A stretch of 59,483 nt of DNA, counting the filler, from Sluysia triapertura (taxonomy: Eukaryota): the NCBI GenBank assembly GCA_046118255.1. It is 4 parts of 4 records of this genome, joined end to end, with 100 filler letters (N's around TTAATTAATTAA, not from the genome) between each part and the next. Parts side by side here need not be neighbours in the genome. Positions count along the whole stretch, not along the records: positions 17,414 to 30,980 come from JBJNIA010032157.1; positions 31,081 to 44,757 come from JBJNIA010026061.1; 2 more parts are not named here. One strand, given 5' to 3'. Shown one piece after another: positions 24,209 to 37,563 of this stretch. The notes beneath the pieces are model-generated. The model did no database searches, was not told the DNA's origin, and saw only the letters and a program-made list of their open reading frames with translations. The position numbers and the translations under genes were made by a program. Position 1 is the stretch's first letter. Each line of letters starts with the position of its first letter.

Positions 24209-26792
24209 TGTTATTAATAATAATCTAAAGTTTAAATGTTAATAATAAAAGCTCAATTAATTATTAGTGGCTAATGTTTAACTAATAGGTTAAAAGGTAA
24301 AAGAATTTTAAAAAATATATAAGAAATGATATAAGATAGCTGAAATATGACAATATTCTCAGAGCAAAAATAATGAACAGTAAGATGTTTATATTCATTT
24401 TGAAACCGAAGAAAACCTTGAAGTTCCAAAGACCTTTGTAGGGTATTGAGACTTTTACGAAGACTTAAGTAAGGTTTAGAAAGATGAATTGAGGTATGAA
24501 GATAAATTAAACTTCTAAACCTTAGGATCATTTGAGACCTTGTTGATCTTTTGGAATCTTTGAAGATGTTTGGGAACTTAATAAATTTTTGAGACATTCG
24601 AGTAAAATGTTTGGAACCTTTGAAATGTTCAATAATCAAAATCATGGTTAATAATATTAAAGATAAATTTAATACATTAATAACTGAAATAAAAAAGTGG
24701 AAAAAGGAATCAGAGTGGTGAAGGTGAAAATATCTAGAGCCTCCTGAGTACCTTATAAAGTTTTAACAACTTTATAACCATAATACAACCTTAAAACTTA
24801 GAATAAAATAAGTTAAAATATATAAATAATTAATTAATTAAAATCTTGATTAACTTAATTAAGAAAAATAACTTTTGAATGAGGAATGCTATGTTAAAAC
24901 TGTAATGTACGTGTTTTAAAGAGACTTTCCGATGAAGATAAGGTTTGACCGAGAGAGCCTCTATATTGAGCAAAGTCGCAATTTAAATTAAACTTTAATT
25001 AAAATGCTAAAATCTTCATATTGAATACAAAATGATTGCTATGAAATAAGAGAAAATGAGATTGAAATGTTTGTGAAATGGTTCGTTTGGGAATGAGAAC
25101 CTTTAACATTTTCCATTAAAAAATTGAGTGTGAGTAATTGAAAATTAATTAAAATGTAAAACCTAAAGTTAAATTCATTATGTCAATAATAATTGTTATT
25201 TTAATGTAAGTGATTCATGAAAAAATAGATCGAGTAGATTGTTAATCAAATTGTTTTGTTTTGCTTGACAAGTCTTACCTTGTAAGTGTCAAAGTCGTTT
25301 TAGTCGCTTTAATCTTTAAAAGGTAATTTTTAATCTTTGATGATTTGTGTAAAGGTAATTCCTGATTGTGATTGGACAATAAAGAGATATAAAAGCGAAT
25401 ACTTAAAAAATTTTAAACACTACAACAAAATGGATAACATCTATGAGAAATAAGAAAAAAGAAAACCCATGACTATGGTAAAATTTTTGTTTATTTTATA
25501 ATTTTAATTATTAAAAATAGTTTTTTTATTTTGGGAAATTTTTATCTATTAATAAATTTGAATATTTTGGGAGGCTCCCTGTCCGGATTACTTTGGATTA
25601 TCTTAAGTTATATATGTAATTATTATTTTAAGCTTGAATTTTAATTTTTAACTTTTAGCTATTGATTTTAATTGAATTGTGGGAGACTCCCTGCCAAAAT
25701 TATTTTTACAGGTTTTTGGTTATTAAGTTAAAATAAAGGTATTTGACTTTAATTTCTGTAGACATTTGTATTTTAATTTTGTGGTTTGTTGCGTCACCTC
25801 TGGTTTCTTTGTTGTGGTCGTAATATTGTCATGAATTTTATGGTTAACTTCGAAAATTAGTTATTTTTCATTTAGTTTACTTATATTATTGTTCAAGTAG
25901 AGAATTATAATAACAAATTGTATTTTCATTTTATTATTATTATATTATATTATTAAGAACGTGATTTTGAATAAACATCATTATCAGAATAAGAAAATTT
26001 GACATAATTTAAGATTCTATTTAAGTAACGTAAATTAATATTGGATTATTGTTATTGTTGATTTAAAACGCAACAGTTAAACTAAAATGTTAATGATTAA
26101 AGTTGTATTGATAAAAGTTGTATTAAAGTTAATGTTAATAAACTGTTAACATTGAATTAATCGTATGTTAAAAATTTAATTAATTAATAATAGCAAATAA
26201 ACTACGAAAAAATATTACGAGTGTAAATTAATAAACTAATAAATAGTCGAATAAAGTGTAATAAATTTACAAAATATCAGAAAAATTGAATCAATAATTA
26301 TAAACGATATGCAAGGAATTAGTATTGTTAATTAAGATATTTGCTGATTATTGAAGACATCGCTTATTATTGAAATATTGTTGGTAATTTAATTGAAGAT
26401 TAAAGTAATATTTTTTATTACGTTTAAACTATCAAATTCGTACTGATAATTGGACTAGGCAAGTATAAAGTTTTAATCAATTTATTAAATTATTAAAATA
26501 AAGTTTTCAAAATTATTTATGCATGGAATAAGTCTTATTTTGTTTTATTTATTACCATAACTTTGTCTTTCATTTTAGTGTTACAAATAAGCTTTAAGTG
26601 TTAATTAGTTAGGTCTGATAATATTTGCTCTTCTATCTCGTACACCAAAGTCAGATAGATTAGGTAATAAAGTCACACCGCTATGTTAACTAAAGAAGCA
26701 GACAATAATTCATCAACTATAAATATAAACAGATAATAATCAATTTTTATGTAACAAACATAGTAACAACGTATGCTTAAGTTAAAAAAACA
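24209..26792 (+). mobile_element. ~2.6-kb TG...CA LTR-like insertion (family A/B) splitting the DD39D-like transposase
   Basis: The transposase frame stops at KYPKTYKNK and resumes at IYIQQDN. The insert begins TGTT, ends AACA and contains family A and B blocks. No coding capacity seen. Confidence 0.7.
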
Positions 26793-27193
26793 ATTTACAT
26801 ACAGCAAGATAATGCAAAACCGAATTTCTCTGATAATGCTGTAGGTTCTGCTGATGGTTGGAATATTAAATTGAAGTCACAACCTCCAAATAATCCTGAT
26901 TTAAATATACTTGATTTGGGGATTTTTAATTTAATACAATCGTTGCAACTTGAAACTTTGCTAAACACAATGAACTGATTGTGTTCAAAATTAATTTAAT
27001 AAACACTCGATAACGATTTCACATTACAAACATGTAAGGAATTAATTCCTCATATAAGGCATACAATAGGGCCAAATCTTATTTTAATTAAATATGTATT
27101 ACTCTAAAATTATTTGTATTTAATTTGTTAAATATATATAATGTTAAATTTTATTTTTTTCGCAAATATATACCACGTTTCCGACAGAGGGAG
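26793..27193 (+). mobile_element. Plant-type (DD39D-like) mariner relic, 3' part and Stowaway-type TIR
   Basis: IYIQQDNAKP...DGWNIKLKSQPPNNPDLNILDLGIFNLIQSLQ. Ends GACAGAGGGAG-TA (reverse complement CTCCCTCTGTC). Confidence 0.9.
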
Positions 27194-27301
27194 TAATAAT
27201 TATGCCTTGGTGTATGAAGAATTTATTTTACATTTTGAATGACTTAAGTACTTCTCACATTTTCTAACATAAATTAAAGTAGTATTTGCAAAAAAACTAA
27301 C

Positions 27302-28707
27302 TCATTTGATGGATAAATAGCTAGTTTGAAGAGTTCCGATTTATTGTAATTTTCTATCTCCCTTTTTTCTAAATTTTTAAGGTTTTTTAACCATAATAAA
27401 TGCGTTTGTCTTTCACCAACTGCAGGATATTTACTATGAGATACAACTGTTGAAAAACTAGGATGTTCGCACAAATCGCGATAACATAAGTACCTAATCT
27501 TTTCTTTATCTACATCATTCAAGCTTCTTTTTAGACATTCACTTAAATTACTATGTTTATCAACAAAATCCATATCAAAACAAAATGGTAAATTTTTATG
27601 AATTTCTAAAACTGGCATTTTATGAAATTGACAATTGCAATATCGAGCAATATTTTTTTGAATAATACTGAATAAACAATCACCTTGTCTTCCAACAAAC
27701 TGGGTAGATGTTTGTGCTTTAAAATCGTAATAAGTATAGTTAGTTCTTTCTGATTTACACTTTTTAACGGTGCTTAAATGTGACTTCGTTGTAATTTTCA
27801 AATCTACCTGAGTAAAAGAATCAACAATAAAACTTTCGCCCACATGCGGATAAGTGTCTGCTTCGTGAATCATTACTAAAACTCCACTTGGTTTGTTAAT
27901 ATCGTTAAAAGGATCTAACTGTAATGAAGGTGGATATTCCAAAGCTTTATAAATTACTATTTTGAAATCTGGTCTCCATCCATTTAGAAATGAATTTTTC
28001 TTTACATCTCTAGTTCCTTTTGGGCCCATTCTAGTTCCGTTAAAAGTAAAGCAATTTCCATAAGGCCAAATATGACGAGTTTCAAAATGAGTGTAATTAC
28101 ATTCATTTTGCAGATAACGACAAAGTACAATGGCTGACCACGATTGATGGCTATATTCTAAATGTTTTTGCATAAATAAGTAATCTGATAATTCGATCTT
28201 TTGAGAATACGATATATTTTCATCAGAATATTTAATCCGAGAATTAGTTAGTACATCAAAATGTTTAATAATACTAACTAAAGCACTATATTTTTCTGTA
28301 TCTTTAGGTGGAAAATAAATTGGATTTACTATACAAATTGTTAAATCAGGATAAGTAAAATTATTGTAATCGTGAAACACATTTGTTAAGACAGGAGTTT
28401 GAATAAATTTTTCTATCAAATAAAATAAGTTAACACAAAATCCTAAAGATGCACAACACGATATCATAAGCCAAAATATTCTATGTTTGGCACTTCGCGC
28501 TTGAGCCAGATGATTCAAACCATGGATTGTACTACGCCTGCTAAAATGAAGTAAAACAGTACCAAGGCGACTTAGTAACGCTCGATTACCGAAACGTTTA
28601 CGATATATAGCTTCATAAATATCATATTTAGAAGAATTTTCAAAATAAACAGGATTGTTATTACCTCCAACATTTTTATTCCCAATTTCTGCTACGGTTT
28701 GTTTCAT
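27302..28707 (-). CDS. DEG/ENaC (amiloride-sensitive/ASIC-like) sodium channel subunit, large first coding exon
   Basis: STIHGLNH gating motif, TM1 (IFWLMISCCASLGFCVNLFYLI), YPDLTICIVN, YGNCFTFN, GVLVMIHE and a Cys-rich thumb. ATG at 28707. Probable donor GA|GTTAGT at 27301. TM2 is absent from this exon. Confidence 0.93.
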
Positions 28708-30058
28708 TGACAAATTAATCTTTCAAATTTCCATTAATTTATTTGATACCAATCATTGTATGCAATGTTAATTTTTTCTTTCCCGATAAACAAGTAAGAT
28801 TTCTATGGGAGTTAGAAAATTTTATAATGGAAAGAAAATTATAAAGCACACTATTTGAATAAATAAATTGCTTAATGCATGTCACTTAATTTTTAATATT
28901 AAGCTTTTAATAGAAGTCATGATTCCTTTCTTATCTTATGAAAAAAATTAATTGAAAAATGTGTCAAGGAATAGAGTATAAAAACATGTAAATCTAGATT
29001 TTATTCATTAAAATTTGTTTTAAATGCATTTACATTACAAATTTAATTTTTATTTTACATTGCAGTTTAGTTATAATTCTTGGTAACTACGCATTAATAA
29101 TGTCAAGCTTGTCAATCAAAAATAATTTTGTTATAATTAATTAATTTAAATGTGCTACCTTTCTATAGATTTAGTAAAATTTTTAAATATTCAAAATGAT
29201 TACTTACTTTACTTAATATTTGATAATTATTTGAAGTGTTGAGTGTTCATAGTATTTATAGTGATTTTTTAAGATCTTCACAAATAAGCACAATAAAAAT
29301 AATACGTAAAGTCAGCGCAAAATGAAATATTAGAAGAAAAAATAAGAGAGGTTGTTTGAATTGAATTAGAATGACGTGCTCATGTAACAAGAAAGTTGCT
29401 GAAATGTAACATTATCACGTTGTAGTAATCCTTTTCATAATATAATATAACGAATAATATAGTGACGTGAAATTCTACAATGCTAGAAAATTCGGACAAA
29501 TCAGGATCGTGAGAACGCTTAAGAAGTGGTTGAAAGTGAATGAAATTGTAACAGAAATGAAAAGCCGTTAATCAACGATAGCAATCTTAGCTACCTCACA
29601 TGAAATCAATTTCTAAAACAATTCATAAATTTTATTCCTTATAGAACTTTGTTTAACATGCTTTGTTACTTTCTTTTTACTTTTAATTTAACAGAAACTA
29701 AAATAAAAATGTGACACAGTTCGGTTACAGTATGCGACTTAAAATGTACGGTAGGAATATGTAAATTTAAACAGCTTCTAAACTTCTGTTGTTATTTAAT
29801 AACTACTTATGTCAACAATTATGAGAATATCTTATGGGTTCACCTACAACTTATTTCCCTACGAAGACAATTACAGGATTTAGTCAGGTAACAATAAACT
29901 CTTACTAATGGCGAGGGTCTTTCACAACACTTAAACTTACTTAAATAATGTTTAGCGAATTTTAAAATCCTTAACTAAAGACGATTTTGCTTTTATCAAA
30001 TTTTATTACACGTTTACTTCACATTTGAATTATACTCAATTTATTTTAATTACCTATT

Positions 30059-30450
30059 TGTTAGGATTGCCGTGTATCAGGAAATGACTGAGAAACATAG
30101 AGAACTGTAAAATGAAGAAAGAACTGATACCAAGTGATGGATTTAACATTATAAGCAGCGTTAGAATAAGAATCATGAAAGTATAGGCATCTATAATAAT
30201 GTTAACAGCTGAAGAATGCCTTGGAGTTTCAAAGACCTATATAAGGTACCAGACCTTGTGGAAGCTTGAAAAGGACTTGGAAACTCTTTGAAAGCATTTG
30301 GGTACCTTTGAGCTTGTTAATCTTTAGATAATCTAAGACATTATTCTTGAAAACTTGATAAGCATTTGGGATCTTCGAGTAACCTAATGGAGTATTTAAA
30401 ATCTTTAAAATATTTGAGAAATAAAATCATTGTTCAAAATAATAAAGATA
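30059..30450 (+). repeat. LTR-like repeat family A 5' end
   Basis: Starts TGTTAGGATTGCC. Collinear with the reverse complement of 45099-45347 and with ~2740-3020. Confidence 0.8.
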
Positions 30451-30980
30451 AGTTTTGGTGGCCAACCTCATCAATCAAAATTTTAATACGTTAAAATATA
30501 CTAAAATTAATAATTTTTCAGTAATTCAACTATTTATCACATCAAAAATCATTAAATTTGTACTTCAAATTTATTTAACAACAAGCTAAATGGAATTCCG
30601 TTTAACACCTTTGTTCGGTTTTCTTACTACTTGAACAATTATAAAAATTAATAAATTTTAAGTTGGGTCCGCCTACGCTAAACGGTTTATCTTACTTATA
30701 AGGACGTTCACGTAGGTTTTTTCAAAAGATAACTGAAGGTCAAAATGCTAATATTATGTAATAACTATATTCTTTATCTTTTTAATATATCTCCTAAAGT
30801 ATGTTCCTTTTCTTTAAGGTTAATGAATTTAACTCTTCTCTAGTTTATCTTAAAAATTATACTTCGAATCTTCGATAACTGATTAATTCTTTAATCCTTA
30901 AAATTTTTAATCGTTACAAGCTTTTTATCTTTATTTCTTTACGTAAGGTTGAAATTTCAATTTTTTAAATTATGAATCTT

Positions 30981-31080
30981 NNNNNNNNNNNNNNNNNNNN
31001 NNNNNNNNNNNNNNNNNNNNNNNNTTAATTAATTAANNNNNNNNNNNNNNNNNNNNNNNNNNNNNNNNNNNNNNNNNNNN
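30981..31080. other. Artificial assembly linker
   Basis: N run with central TTAATTAATTAA. Confidence 0.98.
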
Positions 31081-32030
31081 TATATATATGTCAAGGCTTG
31101 AATGTTGAGTCGGACCAAAGGAGAGAGATTATATATGAATTTAGACGGAAATTCAATAATAAAGAATTATGTATCTTCGAAATTATATTATTTTTATTTG
31201 ATTTAAAATAGTAAATGGAGTTTTATTTTCACTTCTACTTTGAATTTTGTTTTGATTTTTATTTTAAATTTAATTTTCAAGATATGAGTAATAAAAAAGG
31301 TATTAAGCCGAATTTTAATGATTTTAATGTTCGAGATATAAGCAATAAAAAACCAATTTATAATCATAATAATTATAGCTATCATTTTTACATGATTGAA
31401 TACTTAAAAGTCAGAACGGACCTTAAATCCATATTCAATAACAATGTTTTTATAATACAAATTTTAAAATTAAAGCAACTATGCATTTCAAACTGTATAG
31501 TTCAGTTAGTTCAAAAAGTAAAGTATATTTAATAATTAACAAAAATGTTTAAAAATATTATAACTAAAACTTTCGACCAATAAGAACTGAAGATTTAGAA
31601 TAATAAAAGAAGACAAAATCAATAAGAAAACTTTGATAAAAGCACCAAAATGATAAAGCATAATTGGAAAAAATACAAAATTTAGATTGGATTAAGAAAT
31701 ATTGAATAATTAAAATTTTTAAACTGAGTTTACGGATTTAGTTCAAAAATAAAATATTATTTTGAGAAATGATTTAGTTTCCTAAGGTGCAATTTTTTAT
31801 TCACTTTTTATCTACTGAATCAAGGCTTCAAACACCTTAATAAATATTATTTTTTCAACTTATTTGTTTAACTTCATTAATAAATGCAGAAATTTAAGAT
31901 AATTATTATTTAAGATAACTAAAATACTTCAATAATTAGCTCACTTTTGATTATGTTTTAACTAATTTGTGTCGTAAAACTTTATAATGATTAAATTTAT
32001 TAAATACACAAATTTATATTATTGTTAGAA

Positions 32031-32862
32031 TGTCATCACGAGCCTCTAAAGTTATGTAAAATATTATTAACAAATTTTTAAATCATATAAAAAATATTTT
32101 AAAGTGTCCAAATATCCAATTATTTTTCCAAAAAAGAAATTTTACTTCTATAAATAGAATAGAAGCTTCTATAATGTTCTAGAACAATCCATCGAATTTC
32201 ATTGGCCGATGACTAGTATATAAACTAGCATCAGTTTAATGAAAATCGCCATTTTACAATTATCAGTCACACAAATTTTTATCTTTATTCTAAATCAAAT
32301 GCATTGCCTAGTTTTTCCTGCGGTTATTTGGCTTATAGACTTTATTTGAAGATCTATTATTTGGATATTCAGATATCTTAATATTTCTTTGGATATTTGG
32401 CGAAAATTTATTTCCATGCATATGGCAATTTGTTTTTTATAGGGAATTTTTATCTTCTTGAAAGAGATAAAATTTTTAAAATATTACACTAAAATCTTTA
32501 ATTAAACATTGTTTTTACCTCGATCAACTGAGAGAAATTTTAAATTAATAAAATTCTTAATTAAATTAAATATTCTCTTGGAATTTTAATTTTAATTTGC
32601 ACCCTTTTTCTTCTATTATCAAAATTTTTAGTGTTATCCGTAATAGTAAGTATTGTTTTCGTTTTGTTAAGTTGACACATTTGACATATGACACTCCTAA
32701 AATAGTTATGATAAGAACGATTTAAACTTGTTTTTAAGTAAATATAACAGAATTATTAACTTATTAGTTACAGAAGCGCCATCGCCAAGTTGTAAGACGT
32801 TTACTGTAACCGGACCTTGCTTAATTTTATTTTGCCGTAGGTCTAGCTTTAAGAAAACCACA
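32031..32862 (+). mobile_element. Solo LTR-like element, family E
   Basis: TGTCATCAC...AAGAAAACCACA, with an internal ATTGG + TATATAAA promoter-like block. Flanks GAA/GAA. Confidence 0.7.
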
Positions 32863-33141
32863 GAATTATTTTAAGAATGTATATTTAGTTTATTATGTGG
32901 CAATAGTTATATTCTAATAAATTAAATTCAAATAATTGTAAAGTTGTTGAAAAATAATAATTAAACGAATAAATTGTTTTAATTTAATGTAGATTTTAGG
33001 ATACACTGAAACAATAGACTCACTATGTTGTTGATTAAATGTGTTTGTGTCATATATAATAAAAGATCGCCGTTTTCAAAGAGTTTTAATATGATTTTTA
33101 TTGTATTATATATATAGAAAATAATATCAAATGAATCGTAC

Positions 33142-33358
33142 CAGTATATTTATAGTCCGTTGTATTAGAACCGTGACTTGTGTATCTGTTTCCTTTAGAC
33201 TTTTGCAGTACTACACATATAGCAACTAATAATACTACAGAAATTACAAAAGATGCAATTACAATAGATATAATAATATATAAATTCATAGTATCAATAT
33301 TATGAAAGAAACTGTTGTCATAACGTCGACCACGAGGTGGAGAATCATTGATTAGTAC
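33142..33358 (-). CDS. Protocadherin-like gene, transmembrane exon
   Basis: TTCAG|GTA acceptor at 33359/33358. Reads VLINDSPPRGRRYDNSFFHNIDTMNLYIIISIVIASFVISVVLLVAICVVLQKSK..., with donor G|GTACGA. Phase 0 matches the upstream cadherin exon. Confidence 0.82.
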
Positions 33359-34439
33359 CTGAATTTCAATTAAAAATATTATTAAAATAATTTAATAATA
33401 ATAAAATAATATTATTAAATAAATATAACTAATAATATTGATAAAAATAAGAAATTCAATAATTATTAAAGCTAATAACAAAATCAATAAAGAGTTTATT
33501 ACCACAATAGAAAAAAGAGATATGAAAATAGATGTTCAAATAAAAATGTATACTTTATGATTGTAAGAATGTTATTGTGTAATGGAAAAATAAGCATTGT
33601 TATAAACATGATTTATAAATAATAACTTTATAAATATTAATTTATTATCATGACTCGATAATGTGACACATCGAGATTATGTTATGCTTTGTCTAAATAC
33701 AATTAAAGTTACTTTTTAATTTTCATCACTAAGAAACAAAGGAAAATGTATTTGTAAAACCTAAGTTAATTTTCTGAAAATGTTTTAAATTTTTTTGATT
33801 TTAATAAATTAAAATTAAAGTTTTAAGGTTACACTTTGACTTAGTAACATAAGCAAAGTTGATATCGGTAACTTGGGTGATAGAAAAGAAGTATTAGAAG
33901 TAAGTAGAAAAAGAAAACAAATTCGATTCATTTAACATGTTATATTATATATTTTTCATAACATTCGACATGGTATGATGAACGCAAGAAAAAGTTTTAA
34001 AATAAAAACTGGCCCACGCGCCCATGTTAGTCCTTATAAGAGGAAAAAATGTGATTTTTAAAATAAATTATTTCTGCAGAACTTTTCTTCATTCTAATTT
34101 TTGGGTTTCGTCGACAGATGAAATAATTCTAAAATTTTTTGATTATTTTTTGATTATTAAAATATTATTCTTTGATATTTTTGGATGAAGAATTATTCTT
34201 GAGAAAATGATTTTTTATTGTACCTTGTAGGTTTGTAAGACTAATCAAATAACAAAAGACTCTATTATCGATTAATTCATTGAATTCTTATACTATGTTA
34301 TAGCTTTATGTTATACTGATATTTAAATGAGGTATTATTCATAATACCTCATTTATTTTCATAAAATAATATTTTAGTTAGAAATATTAAAAGAAATATT
34401 GCAAATCCTCATAAAAATGAAGAAACAAAGTGATATGTC

Positions 34440-35140
34440 GCAGTCAGAGCACGTTTTTTGTGTGAAAGAGGTGCACGAATTAAAAATGCGTATATTCATG
34501 AAATGATAGAACATTTTAATATAATTTCATGGTCTTGCGAATTGATTCGAAAATGACATTTGCACATCAGTTTCGTCAACAGCACCCATGAAAGAATATA
34601 TGTCAGTTTTTGAATAGGACAACTTGTGGGTCGATCGATTCTATTGCTGTCAACGAAACTGGTATCATGCAATGATTATAATAGGTGCACATCACGTTTG
34701 TCTTTTTATTTCTTTGCAACAACGTTAGTGGAAGAATGCCATTTTGCGTCACCTTTCTTTAATTTTTCTGAATGTGAAAGAAGCAAGCACCGGTCGTTTT
34801 TTCGTGCAGTAATTCAAACAATGAAAGTCTGCAGTAACAGTTATCACAGTTTAAGTTTTGTTCCTGGTTTAAATGTGGCTGGAACAGTGTAATCACGACA
34901 GATTCGCTTACAATATCAATATTAGTTTCTGCGCCATTGTAAACAATAAAATCAAGAATCGCTTTAGCTTTACAATCAACCGACTCGAAAAGTTGAATAC
35001 CAAAGCATCTTTGTTTGGAAGGAATAATTCTTTCCGTGGAACTAAACTTTCATCAATTCGCTAATTTTGTCCCGGTGCTATTAATGAAAACTTCGAACTA
35101 ATTATCTCAATTATTTTCCTGATTTTATATAATTGATTAT
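34440..35140 (-). mobile_element. piggyBac (PGBD4-like) transposase pseudogene
   Basis: With frameshifts and stops: LYKIRKII..PGQN*RIDESLVP..FGIQLF..ILDFIVYNG..CDNCY..KLKKGD..KDKRDVHLL..MGAVD..MFYHFMNI. All three piggyBac catalytic-Asp motifs are recognisable. Confidence 0.88.
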
Positions 35141-35409
35141 TAAACTATTGAAATTATTGAATTTATTCTAATTTTAGCAATGTATATGTGGTGAATTATT
35201 TGATATTATGCCAAATTCTTTAGTGAATGCTCCTGTGAGCTGTTTATTTATATACAATCGTTGCATTATCATTACTATTCACGAATAACAATGATTTAAT
35301 TTGAGAGAATTTATGATTATATATTAATCACACAGATAATTCAATCAATGTTTAACTTATTAGTTGGTCTCTTATGATATCGTAGGGAATCTTATTTCGT
35401 ATTTTAGAT

Positions 35410-36145
35410 TATCATCACAATCCCGGTAAAATCACAAAACAACAACTTACATTATTAATTAAAACCTGTTTTTCTTAAAAAGAAATTCATTTTCTAAAAA
35501 TAGAAAAGAACATTCTTGAATTCTACTTGCCTATGATTGACTGTTGGTTTATATAAATAGCTGCAGTTAATCGCAAAGGAAACATGAATTAACAAAATAA
35601 TATTGGACGTCATTTTGAATTAAACTACTTCTAACTCGATCAATCTATTTTATTGGTCTAATATCTCAAGCTGCTCCAACTCGTCAATTCAACATCAATC
35701 TGTATTTCCTGTTATTCCTAAGTTGTTTTCTGTGAAACGTTTTTATTTTCGTAGAATAGATAAAAATACTAAATTCAATTTAAATCATTTTTGTAATTGA
35801 ATTTTCTTTGATCCGATGTAATGAGAGGAATATTTTTAATTTAAAATTTAATCAATAAAAATTAAAGATCCATCAGAATTTTAATTTTAAATAACTATTT
35901 TTTCATTTGACTGTTTAAACCCATTTATATGATTTAATAATTACGAATAAATTTTTGTTTTTTAATTGTTATTGTTATAAATTGTGATTATATTGATAAG
36001 ACCTGCACTAGTGGGAATTTTTTATTAAATTTGCATTTGCTTGCATTAGTTACATGAACGCCCTCTTTACGACATAAGATGTTTACTGTAATCGGACCTT
36101 GCTCAATTTTTATTTTGTTGTAGTTTAAGTGCTAAGAAAAACACA
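35410..36145 (+). mobile_element. Solo LTR-like element, family E (diverged)
   Basis: TATCATCAC start, TATATAAATAGC block, and 3' CATAAGATGTTTACTGTAATCGGACCTTGCTCAATTTT...AAGAAAAACACA. Confidence 0.6.
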
Positions 36146-36483
36146 GCATGTAATTTAAATAAGTGACATTCAAAAATTTGTTAACATGTTCTTCATATCA
36201 TAAAATATCCATTAATTCCTAGTTTTGTTACTTATTTTCATCTTGTTCATTTTTGAACAGTAAAACATCTAAAAAGAAATAAAATTAAGAGAGAAGTTCT
36301 TAAGTCAAATAAAACCTAAGAAATATATGTCAAGGTTTCCAACCAATAAACTGTCTGGTCATTGTTCTATGGTATCTTACAGTCTTCCATTATTGTCATT
36401 CGCTTAATACTACTTATTCAAGCGAAGAATTAAAATATTTAATTTATTTAGCTAATTTGAACAAGAAAAGATATTGTGGTATT

Positions 36484-36717
36484 CAAGAATTCCCTCTAAA
36501 GTACTATGTGTAAATTTTAAACGCACGGAGAACATTTGTAGCAGTCTGAGCATATTTTTAAAATTTATTATTTATGTTAATATTAAATTGCAAAACGCTG
36601 TAAATTAATTTTTATTTTGAAAATAATGTGTCTGTTTTAATATACTGCGCGGGGAGCAGTTAACTGCGCCAGCTTGTACAATCTACTGCGCAGCCGCGTA
36701 GCTTAGAGCGAACATTG
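36484..36717. mobile_element. hAT-like MITE
   Basis: CAAGAATTCCCTCTAA...GCTTAGAGCGAACATTG imperfect TIRs (CAATGTTCCCTCTAA type), with GC-rich subterminal CTGCGC repeats. Confidence 0.6.
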
Positions 36718-37257
36718 TTGTTGTTAGGATATTCTGGTAGAATAAATATTTATTTTATCCCGATTCAATTGTTTATCAGTTATTATGATTTCATGCCTCA
36801 AGTTAGTACAAATTCCTTAATATTACAACTCATATTTGTGATACGAAAATAACTTTATTGTGACTTTTCAATAATTCTTTCCTGATAACTTTCACAAACA
36901 ATCACAGTCTTTAATTTCATATAGAACTCATCATTTTCATAATTTTGTTTGGTATTTTCCACTAGAATTAAACTGTATTTATTAATTAGACATATCATGC
37001 CTAAATCATCTTTTTATCCGACTTTATCTTAAATCGACTTTATATCCGATAAAATTGACTTTATCTATATGCTGAATAACCATCAGTAATGCTGGTTTTA
37101 TCATAGATACTAACGTTGTATTGCCATTTGAAATAACTTAAAATATCTAATTCAAATAAAACAACTAATGATAAATAAATAAAATAATTTCATCTTTTTT
37201 GAAGTTATATAAATGTAGTAATAAATATAATAATAAATTTAATTTATAAAACCTAAC

Positions 37258-37563
37258 CATTAATACAAAACTATTTGATTGTGGTTGTTCTCCCATATCT
37301 TTTGCATCAACAATAATTCGATATTCTCCTGCATCACTTCGTGACAATTTACGAGACACATGAAAGTCACCAGTTTTTGAGTCTATATAGAAAATGTGTA
37401 GGGATGTAGGTGGATTGTTTATTGACACTGCATTATTGTTTTTAGTTTGAGTTAAGTCATAATTACGAACTGAATCTTCATTAAAACCTCCTGGATATTG
37501 TATAGATTTAATCGAATATTGGATTGTTGCATTTATACCGTTGTCACTGTCTATAGCTCGAAC
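37258..37563 (-). CDS. Protocadherin-like gene, last cadherin-repeat exon
   Basis: TTACAG| acceptor. Reads VRAIDSDNGINATIQYSI...FYIDSKTGDF..SRKL..GEYRIIVDAKDMGEQPQS (AxDxDxG and AxDxGxP motifs). Donor ATG|GTTAGG. 306 nt, phase 0/0. Confidence 0.9.

Noticed and set aside
34626-35064. Two + strand ORFs (88 and 63 aa)
   Set aside because: Antisense shadows of the - strand piggyBac pseudogene.
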